64,000 bases of DNA. It comes from Fibrobacteria bacterium (GTDB lineage: Bacteria > Fibrobacterota > Chitinivibrionia > Chitinivibrionales > FEN-1185). This document shows positions 9,539-20,142 of this stretch, piece after piece. Both the position numbers and the translations under genes were made by a program. Position 1 is the stretch's first letter; every line of letters begins with the position of its first letter. Under the pieces are notes generated by a model. The model saw nothing but the letters and a program-made list of their open reading frames with translations, searched no databases and was not told the DNA's origin. The stretch is from contig JBBIGR010000009.1 in the NCBI GenBank assembly GCA_037447435.1, forward strand, positions 64,001 to 128,000, given 5' to 3'.

Positions 9539-10873
9539 ATGTTTGAAGAATTAACCAATAGATTCGAATCCATTTTCAAGCGTGTCCGCGGTCAAGGAAA
9601 AATGACCGAAGACAATGTCAGTGAGGCGATGCGCGATGTTAAGCGAGCCCTCCTTGAAGCGGATGTCAATTACAAAGTAGTCAAAAAGTTCATAGCGGCG
9701 GTACAAGCCAAGGCCATCGGTTCCGAAATACTCGACAGCATCACGCCCGGTCAACAATTTGTCAAGCTCGTATACGATGAACTTGCCGGCCTCATGGGCG
9801 GCACTGCGAAAAACGTACGCTTTCATACCAATAGGCTCAACATTGTCGTGCTGGCCGGGTTGCAAGGATCGGGAAAAACAACCACCTGTGCGAAATTGGC
9901 GCTGCATTACCGCAAACTCGGGCACAGGCCTTTGCTCATTGCCTGCGATACGCATCGCGCGGCTGCCATAGACCAGCTCGAAACCCTTGGAAAATCGCTT
10001 TCGATACCGGTGCATTCCGACCGGAGCAAAAAAGCCATAGATATATGTAAAGATGGCCTTGAATTTGCAAAACGCGAAGGATTGTCCCTTGTTGTCATCG
10101 ATACTGCCGGTCGTTTGCATATCGACGACGAAATGATGGCCGAACTTCGTGAAATTTGCTCGGCGGCAAAACCCGACGAAATTTACTTTGTAGCAGATGC
10201 GATGACGGGGCAGGATGCGGTCAATGTCGCGGCCGAATTTCATCGTCAAATTACCCTTACCGGTATCGTATTGACGAAAATGGACGGAGATGCACGCGGC
10301 GGAGCAGCGCTTTCGATTCTCGATGTCATCGGCGTTCCTATACAATTTGTCGGTATGGGGGAAAAACCCGACGGCTTTGAGCCGTTTTACCCCGATCGGA
10401 TGGCCTCACGGATTTTGGGCATGGGCGATATCGTCTCTCTTGTCGAAAAAGCCCAGGAAAATTTCGATATTGAAAAAAGCAAAAAGCTGGAAAAGAAAAT
10501 CCGCAAGAGCACATTCTCTCTGCAGGACTTTCTCGATCAGCTTCGGCAAATAAAGAAAATGGGTCCCTTGTCCGAACTGCTTGCCATGATACCCGGCATG
10601 GGTTCGCAAATCAAGGAATCGGACATAGACAACAATGCTCTTGGCAAAATAGAAGCAATGATTTGTTCGATGACGAATGAGGAACGCGAAAAGCCGCATA
10701 TCATAGACGGCAATCGCCGCAGGCGCATCAGTATGGGAAGCGGCACAACGGTGCAGGATTTGAACCGTTTGCTCAAGCAATTCGATTCCATGAAAACCAT
10801 GATGAAACGCATGAATAAAATCAGTTCGAAACGCGGTCAGGCAGCGGCATTAAAGAATATGTTCCCGTTTTGA
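9539..10873 (+). CDS. ffh: Signal recognition particle protein
   Basis: ALLEADV, GLQGSGKTTT, DTAGR, TKMDGDARGGAA, RILGMGD motifs and M domain. Confidence 0.98.
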   Translation: MFEELTNRFESIFKRVRGQGKMTEDNVSEAMRDVKRALLEADVNYKVVKKFIAAVQAKAIGSEILDSITPGQQFVKLVYDELAGLMGGTAKNVRFHTNRLNIVVLAGLQGSGKTTTCAKLALHYRKLGHRPLLIACDTHRAAAIDQLETLGKSLSIPVHSDRSKKAIDICKDGLEFAKREGLSLVVIDTAGRLHIDDEMMAELREICSAAKPDEIYFVADAMTGQDAVNVAAEFHRQITLTGIVLTKMDGDARGGAALSILDVIGVPIQFVGMGEKPDGFEPFYPDRMASRILGMGDIVSLVEKAQENFDIEKSKKLEKKIRKSTFSLQDFLDQLRQIKKMGPLSELLAMIPGMGSQIKESDIDNNALGKIEAMICSMTNEEREKPHIIDGNRRRRISMGSGTTVQDLNRLLKQFDSMKTMMKRMNKISSKRGQAAALKNMFPF

Positions 10874-10947
10874 TCCGATCAAAGGCTTTAAATTACAATG
10901 AAAAAAATTACTGTTTTTAATTATACACCATTATAAAGGAGTGTTTC

Positions 10948-11313
10948 TTGGCAGTTAAAATCCGTTTGGCCAGAACCGGCCGAAAAAATGTCAGCCGTTT
11001 CCGTATCGTTGCTATCGATGGACCCAATCAACGCGACGGAAAGTTTCTTGAAGTTCTCGGGAATTACGACCCGCAGAAGACCCCGAAGCAGTTCACCGTC
11101 AACACAGAACGTGTTGCCTACTGGATCGCTAAAGGCGCTCAGGTTTCCGAGACCATTTACAACCTGCTCAAACAAGACCGGTATTTTGAAAAGCAGGAAG
11201 GCGTGAAAAAAGGACTTAGCCTGGAATCTTTGAATTTGCCTCGTTTACCCGAACGTAAACGTAAGCCCAAAGGCGCTGGCAAGAAAAAAGGCGAAGAGGC
11301 TAAAGCTGCTTAA
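10948..11313 (+). CDS. rpsP: 30S ribosomal protein S16 (TTG start, C-terminal extension)
   Basis: AVKIRLAR.G......RIV...RDGKFLEVLGNYDP; conserved synteny. Confidence 0.97.
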   Translation: MAVKIRLARTGRKNVSRFRIVAIDGPNQRDGKFLEVLGNYDPQKTPKQFTVNTERVAYWIAKGAQVSETIYNLLKQDRYFEKQEGVKKGLSLESLNLPRLPERKRKPKGAGKKKGEEAKAA

Positions 11314-11333
11314 CCGTAAGCGGGCTACATTCG

Positions 11334-11861
11334 ATGAATGAAGCCAAAGACCTTATCGCAATCGGAATAATTCGAAAAGCTCATGGGATCCATGGCTTTT
11401 GCGCCGTCAGCGGATTCGGTGAAACCTTGTTTCACCTTGATGCGCCGGTAACAGTATGGATCGGTAAAGACCCGCAATCGGTGAGGCGCGTCGAAATCAC
11501 GGATCTGCACGACAATCCTAAAGGGTTTTTGTGCAAGATCGAAGGATACGACGACATGAATGCCGCAGAAACGCTTCGGGATTTTTATTTGTTTTGCGAT
11601 ACGGCAATGCTTCCGAAGCTCGGTAAAGGCATGCATTACAGCTTTGAGCTGGAAGGTCTGACCGTGGTGGCACAAGACACCCAAAAGGTGTTCGGCATCG
11701 TGACAAATGTGGAAAATTACCCCACGGTCGATTGTCTGGATGTACGAAAAGAAGACGGCACTGTTTTTTCCGTGGCAATGACGCCGGATGCGATTGTTTC
11801 GATAGATAAAACGGCCGGCACCATTATCGTTGCCCGGTCGGCTTTGGAAATAGAGGAATAG
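11334..11861 (+). CDS. rimM: 16S rRNA processing protein RimM
   Basis: IGIIRKAHGIHG N-terminus; PRC-barrel C-terminus; lies between rpsP and trmD. Confidence 0.93.
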   Translation: MNEAKDLIAIGIIRKAHGIHGFCAVSGFGETLFHLDAPVTVWIGKDPQSVRRVEITDLHDNPKGFLCKIEGYDDMNAAETLRDFYLFCDTAMLPKLGKGMHYSFELEGLTVVAQDTQKVFGIVTNVENYPTVDCLDVRKEDGTVFSVAMTPDAIVSIDKTAGTIIVARSALEIEE

Positions 11862-11876
11862 GCTGTCAGGTGTTGA

Positions 11877-12581
11877 ATGTTCTTTGAGATTATTACGCTG
11901 TTTCCGGCAATGTTCGAAGGCCCGTTTTCCGAGAGTATCATTAAACGGGCGCAGGACAAAGGCATTATCGGAATACGGTTTGTCAATTTTCGCGATTATA
12001 CGGCAAACAAGCATAAAACCGTGGACGATTCGCCTTACGGCGGCGACCCGGGAATGCTTATCAAACCCGAGCCTATTAGCGATGCGATTAAATTCAGTAA
12101 ATCGCGATTGACATCCCAAGGCGTTGAGCCGTATGTCGTTTGCTTGAGTGCTCAGGGATTTCCATTGACCCATCAACGGGTCGAGGATTTAAGCAAAAAG
12201 CAAGGACTCGTGCTCGTATGCGGTCATTATAAAGGCATAGACCAGCGGGTTGTCGATAAATATGTCGACCTGGAACTTTCGGTCGGCGATTATGTCTTAA
12301 GCGGCGGAGAAATACCCGCCATGATTGTCGTTGATGCGGTTACCAGGCTTTTGCCCGGCTCGCTCGGCAATCAAAAAAGCGCATCATGCGATTCTTATTT
12401 TAACGGGCTTTTAGGTTGTCCGAATTACACCAGGCCCGAACAATGGGAAAATATGGATGTTCCGCAAGTACTTTTGTCAGGGCATCACGAAAACATCAGG
12501 CAATGGCAATTGGAAGAGTCGATGCGTCTGACAAAACAGCGGCGACCGGATTTGTGGGAAAAATATAAAGATCGAAAATAA
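11877..12581 (+). CDS. trmD: tRNA (guanine37-N1)-methyltransferase
   Basis: VDDSPYGGDPGM, CGHYKGIDQR, SVGDYVLSGGE, YTRP, LLSGHH motifs. Confidence 0.97.
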   Translation: MFFEIITLFPAMFEGPFSESIIKRAQDKGIIGIRFVNFRDYTANKHKTVDDSPYGGDPGMLIKPEPISDAIKFSKSRLTSQGVEPYVVCLSAQGFPLTHQRVEDLSKKQGLVLVCGHYKGIDQRVVDKYVDLELSVGDYVLSGGEIPAMIVVDAVTRLLPGSLGNQKSASCDSYFNGLLGCPNYTRPEQWENMDVPQVLLSGHHENIRQWQLEESMRLTKQRRPDLWEKYKDRK

Positions 12582-12682
12582 GGGAAATTATAATATTCCT
12601 CTGGTTCTTCCTCCGGAAGTCGGCGGGGTGTTAAAATCGGTAACTATTAAAAATATCAATACATTTAAATGAGGAGGTTATT

Positions 12683-13033
12683 GTGGGTTTACAGGAGACT
12701 ATGAAGCAGGTTGAGAAAACCCTGCTGAGCAAAAATACGGGCGAATTCAAGCCGGGCGATACGGTTTCGGTCGCACTTCGCATTTTGGAAGGCGACAAGG
12801 AACGTTTGCAGGCGTTTGCCGGCGTTGTTGTAAAACGCCGCGGCAGCGGCATGGGAAAAACTTTTACGGTTCGTAAAGCTTCGGGAAATGTTTACGTCGA
12901 ACGTACATTCCCGCTTCATTCGCCGCTTATTTCCGAAATCAAAGTGGTGCGCAAAGGAAGCGTCCGTCGCTCCAAGCTTTATTATTTGCGCGATGTCAGC
13001 GGAAAATCAACGCGTATCAAGGAAAAGAAATAA
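12683..13033 (+). CDS. rplS: 50S ribosomal protein L19
   Basis: [40 protein letters not shown] motifs. Confidence 0.98.
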   Translation: MGLQETMKQVEKTLLSKNTGEFKPGDTVSVALRILEGDKERLQAFAGVVVKRRGSGMGKTFTVRKASGNVYVERTFPLHSPLISEIKVVRKGSVRRSKLYYLRDVSGKSTRIKEKK

Positions 13034-13067
13034 CACTTTTCATAGCGCGTCTACTAATGTATTATTT

Positions 13068-13100
13068 AAGGAGAAGACAATTGCGTCTTCTCCTTTTTAT
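13068..13100 (+). terminator. Rho-independent terminator after rplS
   Basis: AAGGAGAAGAC-aattgc-GTCTTCTCCTT followed by a T-rich run. Confidence 0.75.
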
Positions 13101-13126
13101 TTCCAAACAATACCCGTTCTGCAGCC

Positions 13127-14122
13127 ATGGCATTACCAGATAAGTCATCGCAATTAAAAACAGGCCAACGCCCCGTGCAGGTCGTGATCAAGACCTATAA
13201 ACCGGGCGAAGTGGTTTTTGAAGAAGGATCACGAGGCCGCGACCTTTTCATCGTACAGGAAGGCAAGGTCGGCGTTTATAAGGTCACGCCCGACGGCGAG
13301 ATCGAACTTGCGAGAATAGAAAAAGGCGCCGTGATCGGCGAAATGTCGCTCCTCGACAATATGCCCCGTTCGGCAACGGTCAAAGCCATCGAGACCACCA
13401 AGCTCATGGTCATCAATGAGTTGACATTCCATACCGCTCTACAGGCGGTACCGGTATGGCTCACCAGTATCATCAAAATCGTGGTTTCCCGGTTGCGGGA
13501 TGCGAATAAGCGGGTCGATCAGGCCGTATTGCGCGACAAGGACCGGGGGCTGGTTTCCCTCATGCTGCTGATGCTGCCGTCCATGAAACATGAATTCGCT
13601 TCGTCCGTAGCGCTCGATTACGATACGGTGACCGTGGAAGGGTATTATGTCTGCCGTCTCAAGAAAAAAGAAGTCGCCGCGGTTTTGGAAAATTGCGCAA
13701 AACGCAAAATAATTGCAATCAACGAGGACCAAACCCATAAAAAGCACATATGCGTGCCCGATCTCGAAGTATTGAACCTCTTTGCCGAATACCTGCTCTT
13801 AAAAAGCCAGAAGAAAAAATTCAAGGAACTTGATATTCAGGACCAGTCGGTCGCCTTATTGTCGAATATCGTCTACGTTGCGCAGAAAAGCGGCGTCGAG
13901 ACCGACGAGGGCACGACTCTGCCAAAATCGCTTTTAATCAATGATCTCGATCCGAAAAATGCCGACCATCTCGAGAAAAACCTTCTTGACATGAAGAGAA
14001 ACAACCTGCTCAGCATCATGCCGACGCAAAACGGAGACACGATCATTTTTAAAAAAGAAACGTTAAGCCGCATCAAGAAGATCAAGGAATGGGTGCCGCG
14101 GTTTGAAATGGAGAATTCATGA
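13127..14122 (+). CDS. cNMP-binding domain protein (Crp/Fnr-like) with extended C-terminus
   Basis: VVFEEG...LFIVQEGKV...GEMSLLDNMPRSATV...SRLR. Confidence 0.88.
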   Translation: MALPDKSSQLKTGQRPVQVVIKTYKPGEVVFEEGSRGRDLFIVQEGKVGVYKVTPDGEIELARIEKGAVIGEMSLLDNMPRSATVKAIETTKLMVINELTFHTALQAVPVWLTSIIKIVVSRLRDANKRVDQAVLRDKDRGLVSLMLLMLPSMKHEFASSVALDYDTVTVEGYYVCRLKKKEVAAVLENCAKRKIIAINEDQTHKKHICVPDLEVLNLFAEYLLLKSQKKKFKELDIQDQSVALLSNIVYVAQKSGVETDEGTTLPKSLLINDLDPKNADHLEKNLLDMKRNNLLSIMPTQNGDTIIFKKETLSRIKKIKEWVPRFEMENS

Positions 14123-15171
14123 ACGAAGCGCAGCGACCTTCGCAACCCTTGCAGCGCGGCGGTAAACTGACGACCGGCAAAAGCGTTGTCAACCGCAACG
14201 AAAAATCGTTTCATCGCGGCAATCTCATGTTCATTGAAGGTGAAACCAGCACCGAAATGTATATAATCAAAAACGGAAAGATACGCATTCTGAAGCAGGA
14301 AGGCGAATCCACCGTCGAGCTTGCCGTACTGGGACCGGGAAGCGTATTGGGTGAGCTTGCGTTATTAGACCATCAGCCGCGTACGGCAACCGCCCAGGTC
14401 GTCGACGACGTCAGTGCCGCGGTCGTAGACGAAACCCTTTTCACGCACACGCTTGCCACCATTCCCGGCTGGCTCAAAGACATCATCATGGAAGTGGTCA
14501 AACGGTTGCGGGTGACCATGAAAAAAACAAGCGACGACGTCGTGCAAAAAAGCATTGCCGGCGTTATCCGCGTACTTACCTTGCAAAATTCCAACGAAGG
14601 GTTCGATAAAGAAGGCTTTCGATGCGTGAATCTGAACCAGGCAAAGGCCCTCATTTCCTCGGTCATCGGATTGGGATCGCTCGAAGCCGAAAACGTGTTT
14701 TTGCATCTGATCCTCAAAGACATGATTCTTATTCGTAAAAATGAACTCGGCCAGGAATACATCATTCTTAAAAACCCCGACGTGCTTGCATTATACATGA
14801 ATTTTTTGCGCACGAAGCAACGGGGCGGCGCGATGGTAGGGGAAGAATTTACCGAAAAAGCAATAGACCTGTTGAACGTCATCATCCCGACGGCCGAAAA
14901 AAACGGCAGGAAATTACAGTCGGGCATCATGTCGATCGGTTTTGCACAACTTGAACTGGAACTCGACCGTTTAGGTAAGGGCCGGTTCGTGGACATGGAC
15001 GCGCTCGACGAACTTATCAAGGCCAAAGTAGTGGTCAAGCAAGAGGACGCCACGGAATCGAAATACGGCACGCATAAACGGGCTACGCTGGCCTTTAACA
15101 TCGACACGCTCAAACGGCTCTGTCTTTTTTCACAGTGGCTGTCGGTTTTCAAAGAGGAAGTAAAATTCTGA
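14119..15171 (+). CDS. cNMP-binding domain protein (Crp/Fnr-like), paralog of the upstream gene
   Basis: MFIEGE...MYIIKNGKI...GELALLDHQPRTATA...KRLR; ATGA overlap with the previous gene. Confidence 0.88.
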   Translation: MNEAQRPSQPLQRGGKLTTGKSVVNRNEKSFHRGNLMFIEGETSTEMYIIKNGKIRILKQEGESTVELAVLGPGSVLGELALLDHQPRTATAQVVDDVSAAVVDETLFTHTLATIPGWLKDIIMEVVKRLRVTMKKTSDDVVQKSIAGVIRVLTLQNSNEGFDKEGFRCVNLNQAKALISSVIGLGSLEAENVFLHLILKDMILIRKNELGQEYIILKNPDVLALYMNFLRTKQRGGAMVGEEFTEKAIDLLNVIIPTAEKNGRKLQSGIMSIGFAQLELELDRLGKGRFVDMDALDELIKAKVVVKQEDATESKYGTHKRATLAFNIDTLKRLCLFSQWLSVFKEEVKF

Positions 15172-15911
15172 AACCGCTTGCCTGGTATAAATCGCTTCAC
15201 GAAGCAAAGGACCGGCGTGAAAACTGCGCATTTCTTGTCGAAGGAATGCGGTCGATTTCGCTTATCGCCCAGGTCTCGCCTAAAAGCATATTGGAAATTA
15301 TCGCATTGGAAGACGATCGCGACGTGCCGCCGTTTCCCTGTCCGGTCAGGCGCCTGACGTCGTCGCAATTCAAATCGATTTGCCTATCAAAAAACCCTGC
15401 CGGACCGCTCGCCGTTATTGCGATGCAAAGCGATGTCGAAAGCGCCGTGCTTCCTCCGAATCGCGGCGACAGGATACTTGTTTGTGAGGATATTCAGGAT
15501 CCGGGCAATATCGGAACGCTTATACGTACTGCTGCCGCGTTGGATTTTTCAGGCATTATCTTATCCGATAAATGTGCCGACCCTTTCGGGCCCAAGGCGG
15601 TCAGTTCGAGCGCGGGAACAATTCTTTCGGTATGGATACGCCGGACACCGGAGTATTTGCGCAGCGTGAAAGGGCTGGTCAATGCCGGGTTTTCGTGCGT
15701 TGCCGCCGATTTGCACGGCGCGGATTCATTATTGGAAATCAAGCCGAAGCGTTTTGCCCTCATTCTCGGCAACGAAGGAAACGGCCTCAGCAAAAATGCG
15801 CTGGAACTCGCCACGCACCGGATAAAGATTCCCATTAATGGAAAAAAAGCAGAATCCCTTAATGTCGCCGCAAGCGGCGCGATTTGCATGTATGCGTTGA
15901 CAGAAGCGTAA
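15135..15911 (+). CDS. TrmH/SpoU family RNA 2'-O-methyltransferase (true start possibly CTG near 15168)
   Basis: FLVEG, IQDPGNIGTLIRTA, LILGNEGNG, AESLNVA SPOUT motifs. Confidence 0.92.
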   Translation: MAVGFQRGSKILKPLAWYKSLHEAKDRRENCAFLVEGMRSISLIAQVSPKSILEIIALEDDRDVPPFPCPVRRLTSSQFKSICLSKNPAGPLAVIAMQSDVESAVLPPNRGDRILVCEDIQDPGNIGTLIRTAAALDFSGIILSDKCADPFGPKAVSSSAGTILSVWIRRTPEYLRSVKGLVNAGFSCVAADLHGADSLLEIKPKRFALILGNEGNGLSKNALELATHRIKIPINGKKAESLNVAASGAICMYALTEA

Positions 15912-15933
15912 TTATAACTGGAGCGGAGGAATT

Positions 15934-17064
15934 GTGAATTCACGACGAATCGGGTTGATCGGAAGCGTTCTTACGGTGCTATGCATAGATGCCTTTTCCG
16001 CTCCGGTGGGGGCAGTTCTTTACCGTCAAAACAGCTCGGTCCATATTTCCCATATAAACGTTCCTAAAACCGCTTATAAAAACTATTTCGGGTATCTGGC
16101 GGGGCCTGCGCTGGAAAATCGATATTGCGCGTACAGGACCTATGTCGACTCGCTTAATCGCAACGCAGTTGATTTCATTACGAAATTCCAGCAAGTGCCG
16201 GTGCTTCATTATTTTGACGATTCCACGGTCGACGAACACGCGACGTGGCCGTGGGGCACGGATTGTTTTGCCGGCGGAACATCGATGGGTTTGGGCGCAT
16301 TCAGATTATTTTACAATAATCAATGGCTTAATCCGCAACTGGGCCATAATCTCGACAGCTTGGTAATCACGATCCTCGATTCGTCGACTCAGACGCCCCG
16401 GCTCTCGATCGGTTATTGGGGATGGAATATCGGAACGGGAAGCAAATTGAATGTGCTGTGGACCATTTCGACGTCGCTGTCGGAGCGCTGTGCTCATTGC
16501 GAAGTAGTAATCGACGGTACGTACGCCGGCAAAATCGTCGTCGGCATAGAAAACAACAATACGGCTCCTACGCCTCATCCGGTATCTATAATCAAGGATT
16601 CGACGAAGGCATTGCTCGAAACGATCGGTGTGCAAGGCGGGCTTTCCGAGGGATTTACCGACACATTGCTGTTGGCTGTTTTGGCCCCGCCAAGCTATTT
16701 TTTTTCATGGTCGCAGGATACCTATAACGTCGGCATGGTGCTTACTCCCGATGCCGGTCATAAGGTTACGTGGCAAATCGGCTACAGCGAGGCAAGGGAA
16801 ATAAACCCGGTTTACAGAATGCCCGGGTGGCGTGATTCGCTTTTCGGAGCAACGGCAACGGTGTCTACGAATCGCTTCCGTCAATTTAACGCAGCATCGC
16901 CCTTTGTCGCCTCCCCAAAACGCACTGCGGAATGCTTTACGATTTCGGGAAAAAAAGTTGCCGCTACCGTCGCCAATACGGGGAAAATAAAGGCGTTTCA
17001 GGGTATAGTTATAATGCGATATCCTGACGGCACGGTACGGCGGAAAATCGCGGACGGCAAATAA
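15934..17064 (+). CDS. Secreted DUF4861-like protein with C-terminal sorting-like tail
   Basis: Signal peptide; GPALEN..AYRTY, D..TK, H..W.WG.D....SMGLG motifs; basic tail FTISGKKV...GIVIMR. Confidence 0.65.
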   Translation: MNSRRIGLIGSVLTVLCIDAFSAPVGAVLYRQNSSVHISHINVPKTAYKNYFGYLAGPALENRYCAYRTYVDSLNRNAVDFITKFQQVPVLHYFDDSTVDEHATWPWGTDCFAGGTSMGLGAFRLFYNNQWLNPQLGHNLDSLVITILDSSTQTPRLSIGYWGWNIGTGSKLNVLWTISTSLSERCAHCEVVIDGTYAGKIVVGIENNNTAPTPHPVSIIKDSTKALLETIGVQGGLSEGFTDTLLLAVLAPPSYFFSWSQDTYNVGMVLTPDAGHKVTWQIGYSEAREINPVYRMPGWRDSLFGATATVSTNRFRQFNAASPFVASPKRTAECFTISGKKVAATVANTGKIKAFQGIVIMRYPDGTVRRKIADGK

Positions 17065-17126
17065 GCAAGATTGTTCCTAGAACGGATCCATTTGTCGTGC
17101 CCAAAACATGACGCTCGACAGTAAGC

Positions 17127-18326
17127 TCAATACACTATCGGATGTTGCGGGGCAATGTTGAGCGGTAACGGGTTCTCCAGCGTAATGCGGTTACGACCTT
17201 CCCGTTTCGACGTATACAGCATTTCGTCAGAGCGCTTGACAATAGATTTCTCGTCTTCGCCGGGCACCGCTTCGGCAATGCCGATGGACAGGCTTACGCG
17301 GCCGAACTTGAATGCGCCGAATTGCTTCGAAATACGTTCGGCGACCACCTTGGCCTGGATCTTGTCGGTATCCGGCAGTATGATGGAAAATTCGTCGCCG
17401 CCGTATCGGAAGCCCGAGTCGACATCTTTACGTATGCAAACCTTGATCACCTGGCCGAGCGATTTGAGCACTTGGTCGCCCACCTGATGGCCTTCGGTGT
17501 CGTTGAGTTCCTTGAAATGGTCTATGTCGATGAGCATCAGCGACAGCTTGCGCGTAGGGTTGCGTTTGAGCCTGGTGAGTTCGCGCGTGATTTGATCGTA
17601 AAAATGTCGCACATTGTACAGCTCGGTCAGGCTGTCGGTGATTGCAAGCTTCGAAAGCAATTCGTTTTTCTTGACAAGCTCCATTTCGAGCTTTTTCTTT
17701 TCGGTAATGTCTTTGGCGGTCACCACAAGTCCGATGATCTGTGAAAAATCGTTTTTCATTTCCGAAATGCTGAGATTGAGCAAAATGATTTCGCCCTGCT
17801 TCGTTTTCATGGGTATTTCCTCATTCACCGATTTTCCGGTAAGAAGCACGGTGTTGAGGATTTTCCGTTCGTCGGCTTCGTTGACGAACATGGTGCGCAG
17901 CGGCACGCCGACGATTTCCGCCTGGGTAAAGCCGAAATGCATTTCCGAGCCTTTATTGAACTTCAGGATAAACGCATCCATATCTGTTGTAAAGATAATG
18001 TCGGTGGAATCGTCCAAAATGCTTTCCAGATAATTTGCCTTGCTTTGAATGCGGCGCACGGTTTGCAGGTTCTTGTCCATTTTTTTTGCAAATTCCCGCA
18101 TATACCAGTAAAACCAATGGAACACGACCCACAATATGCCGCCGATGCAGGCGAGCGAAATTGAAAAACTCAACCAAAGCGGGATGCCGATTTCAAGGGG
18201 AAGGTACACGCCGGCGAGTACGATTACAAAAGAAAAAACTCCAAGCGCGCCGATCTTTGTCGCCGGCAAGGCGACAAAATTGTTTTTGTCGGGGAATAAG
18301 GTCTTAAACGCGCTCACACATTCCAT
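17127..18326 (-). CDS. Membrane-anchored PAS-GGDEF diguanylate cyclase
   Basis: Two TM helices; PAS ending KDITE; TDSLTELYN, DIDHFK..ND..GH..GD, RYGGDEF motifs. Confidence 0.95.
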   Translation of the reverse strand: MECVSAFKTLFPDKNNFVALPATKIGALGVFSFVIVLAGVYLPLEIGIPLWLSFSISLACIGGILWVVFHWFYWYMREFAKKMDKNLQTVRRIQSKANYLESILDDSTDIIFTTDMDAFILKFNKGSEMHFGFTQAEIVGVPLRTMFVNEADERKILNTVLLTGKSVNEEIPMKTKQGEIILLNLSISEMKNDFSQIIGLVVTAKDITEKKKLEMELVKKNELLSKLAITDSLTELYNVRHFYDQITRELTRLKRNPTRKLSLMLIDIDHFKELNDTEGHQVGDQVLKSLGQVIKVCIRKDVDSGFRYGGDEFSIILPDTDKIQAKVVAERISKQFGAFKFGRVSLSIGIAEAVPGEDEKSIVKRSDEMLYTSKREGRNRITLENPLPLNIAPQHPIVY

Positions 18327-18540
18327 CCTTTTAAAAAGGACTGTGAATATAGTCTAACCGGTTAAAAAAATCGGACTTTAATATACCGGATACTTAAAAT
18401 AAATATCTACACTCATGATTTTACAATAAATAATGAATAAAAACAGTAAAAAAGTGCTCATGCGGAATATGGGCAGCTATATATATTTTACTACCGTATA
18501 TGCAGGCAGAAAGAATTAGGCTTTAATCAGAGGATGAACG

Positions 18541-18918
18541 TTGGGAAAACCCGAAAAAACCAAAGGGCAATACGAAGCCGAAATAAGCGAAGCCGTAACC
18601 CGCTTTGAAAAAGAATACATGGGACGCGGTCCTTTAGAAACCCGTACGTATATTCTGGATGATATGGTCTTGGTGAGGCTCAAAGGGGTTTTAACCAAGG
18701 CGGAATATAGGCTCGTTAAAACCGAGCGAAATACGAAAGCCCGCGATTTAATCAAACAGGTCCGTATCGAATTGCTTGAAAACGGCAGGCCCCTGCTCGA
18801 AGATATAATCAAAGACGTGCTTCGTCGAAAAGTCAAAAGCCTTCATACCGACATTTCCACAATGACCGGCGAACGCCTCATCATATTTACTCTCGATAAA
18901 AAACCGTTCGAAGAGTAA
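18541..18918 (+). CDS. DUF2294 / MpsC-family protein
   Basis: TKGQ.EAEIS....FEKEYMGRGP, LHTDIST.TGER.IIF motifs. Confidence 0.88.
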   Translation: MGKPEKTKGQYEAEISEAVTRFEKEYMGRGPLETRTYILDDMVLVRLKGVLTKAEYRLVKTERNTKARDLIKQVRIELLENGRPLLEDIIKDVLRRKVKSLHTDISTMTGERLIIFTLDKKPFEE

Positions 18919-18923
18919 GACGG

Positions 18924-20111
18924 TCAGTTTAAAAGTTCCAGGCTGAAACCTTTATATTGGGCAAGCTCCAGGATTATCGGTTTCGGCAAACTATGATGCC
19001 GGGCCGATTCGAATATCGTGATCTGCGGTGAAGCGATATGATCGGGGTATACTTTGGAAACCGCACCGATGGCATTGTCAAGATCGGCAATCGGCCCGTG
19101 TACGATTTTAATCCGCGCGCCGAGCGGATACACGGGAAAAATGCCCAGCAGTGTCTTGACAATATCGGCATTCAGTTTCGTTTTTGAGTATTCGACCAGT
19201 TTTTTTGCCGCATGCAACGGGTCCATTCGTTGTTGGAAATGCTGCCTTCCGTGTATGAGCATTGCATAGGTGTCTGCAACAGCCACGATTTGCGCGAACC
19301 GGTGTATGCATCCCTGATGGGAAAAATCCTTGAGCGGCGGTCTGTTCTCCGCAGTCATGTTTTGCGGATATCCGCTGCCGTCCTGGTACTCGTGATGCGA
19401 CAATGCCACTATGGCGCTTGTGGGAGGAATTTCCGGGTTTCCCTTGAGCATCAGATAGCCGTACGTCGTATGCTGTTGCAGCAAAAGCCGTTCTTCGTCG
19501 GTCAACGCTGTTTGCTTTTCGAGAATAGACGGCGGTACCGCAAGCATGCCGATGTCGTAATTGAGCGCCCCGAGTCCCAGCTGTTTCATTTCATGCGCCG
19601 GCAGCCTGTATTTCTGCCCGATGCAAAGCGCTATGATTGCCACGTTTATCGAATGTTCGAGAAGATTATCGCTTGCTTCCCGCATCCTGTTGAGGTTTAC
19701 AATTGTCCACGGTTCATGCGATACGTCTTCTACAAGCTTGATTGCCGCCGTCAATATTCCGGTATCGCGTATCAGTTTGGAAAGAGTGCCTTTGTCTTTT
19801 TCAATGATATCGGAAATTTTTTCATTGTTCTTTCGCGACTGGGCCATAATCGACGATATTGCTTTGGACGATTTGTCGAATACGGAAATCAGTTCGAGTT
19901 CGGTTTGATGACTTATTACTTTTTCCGGAACGATTTTTTCCATGCCAGTAACAGCTATGGGTATCGAAACGAATCCCCTGAGTCTGAGCATTTCGATATG
20001 ATTCTTTTTTAAGGTAAAACCGCCCGCAATGAGCAGATTACCCTGCCGGTCGAATAATGAATCGGCCAGGATCATTCCTTCTTTTACTTCATCCAGGTTA
20101 TAAAAAACCAT
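18924..20111 (-). CDS. HD-GYP domain protein, degenerate HD motif
   Basis: N-terminal GMILA motif; EHS, NYDIG (HD changed to YD), HHE..DGSGYP, AVADTY; YPLG C-terminal domain. Confidence 0.88.
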   Translation of the reverse strand: MVFYNLDEVKEGMILADSLFDRQGNLLIAGGFTLKKNHIEMLRLRGFVSIPIAVTGMEKIVPEKVISHQTELELISVFDKSSKAISSIMAQSRKNNEKISDIIEKDKGTLSKLIRDTGILTAAIKLVEDVSHEPWTIVNLNRMREASDNLLEHSINVAIIALCIGQKYRLPAHEMKQLGLGALNYDIGMLAVPPSILEKQTALTDEERLLLQQHTTYGYLMLKGNPEIPPTSAIVALSHHEYQDGSGYPQNMTAENRPPLKDFSHQGCIHRFAQIVAVADTYAMLIHGRQHFQQRMDPLHAAKKLVEYSKTKLNADIVKTLLGIFPVYPLGARIKIVHGPIADLDNAIGAVSKVYPDHIASPQITIFESARHHSLPKPIILELAQYKGFSLELLN

Positions 20112-20142
20112 TGCACCCCTCTTTGCGTTTCAAAAAGAAAAC

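Noticed and set aside
14373..15368. 331-aa - strand ORF
   Set aside because: Antisense shadow of the cNMP-binding and TrmH genes; Ser-rich composition typical of a reverse frame.
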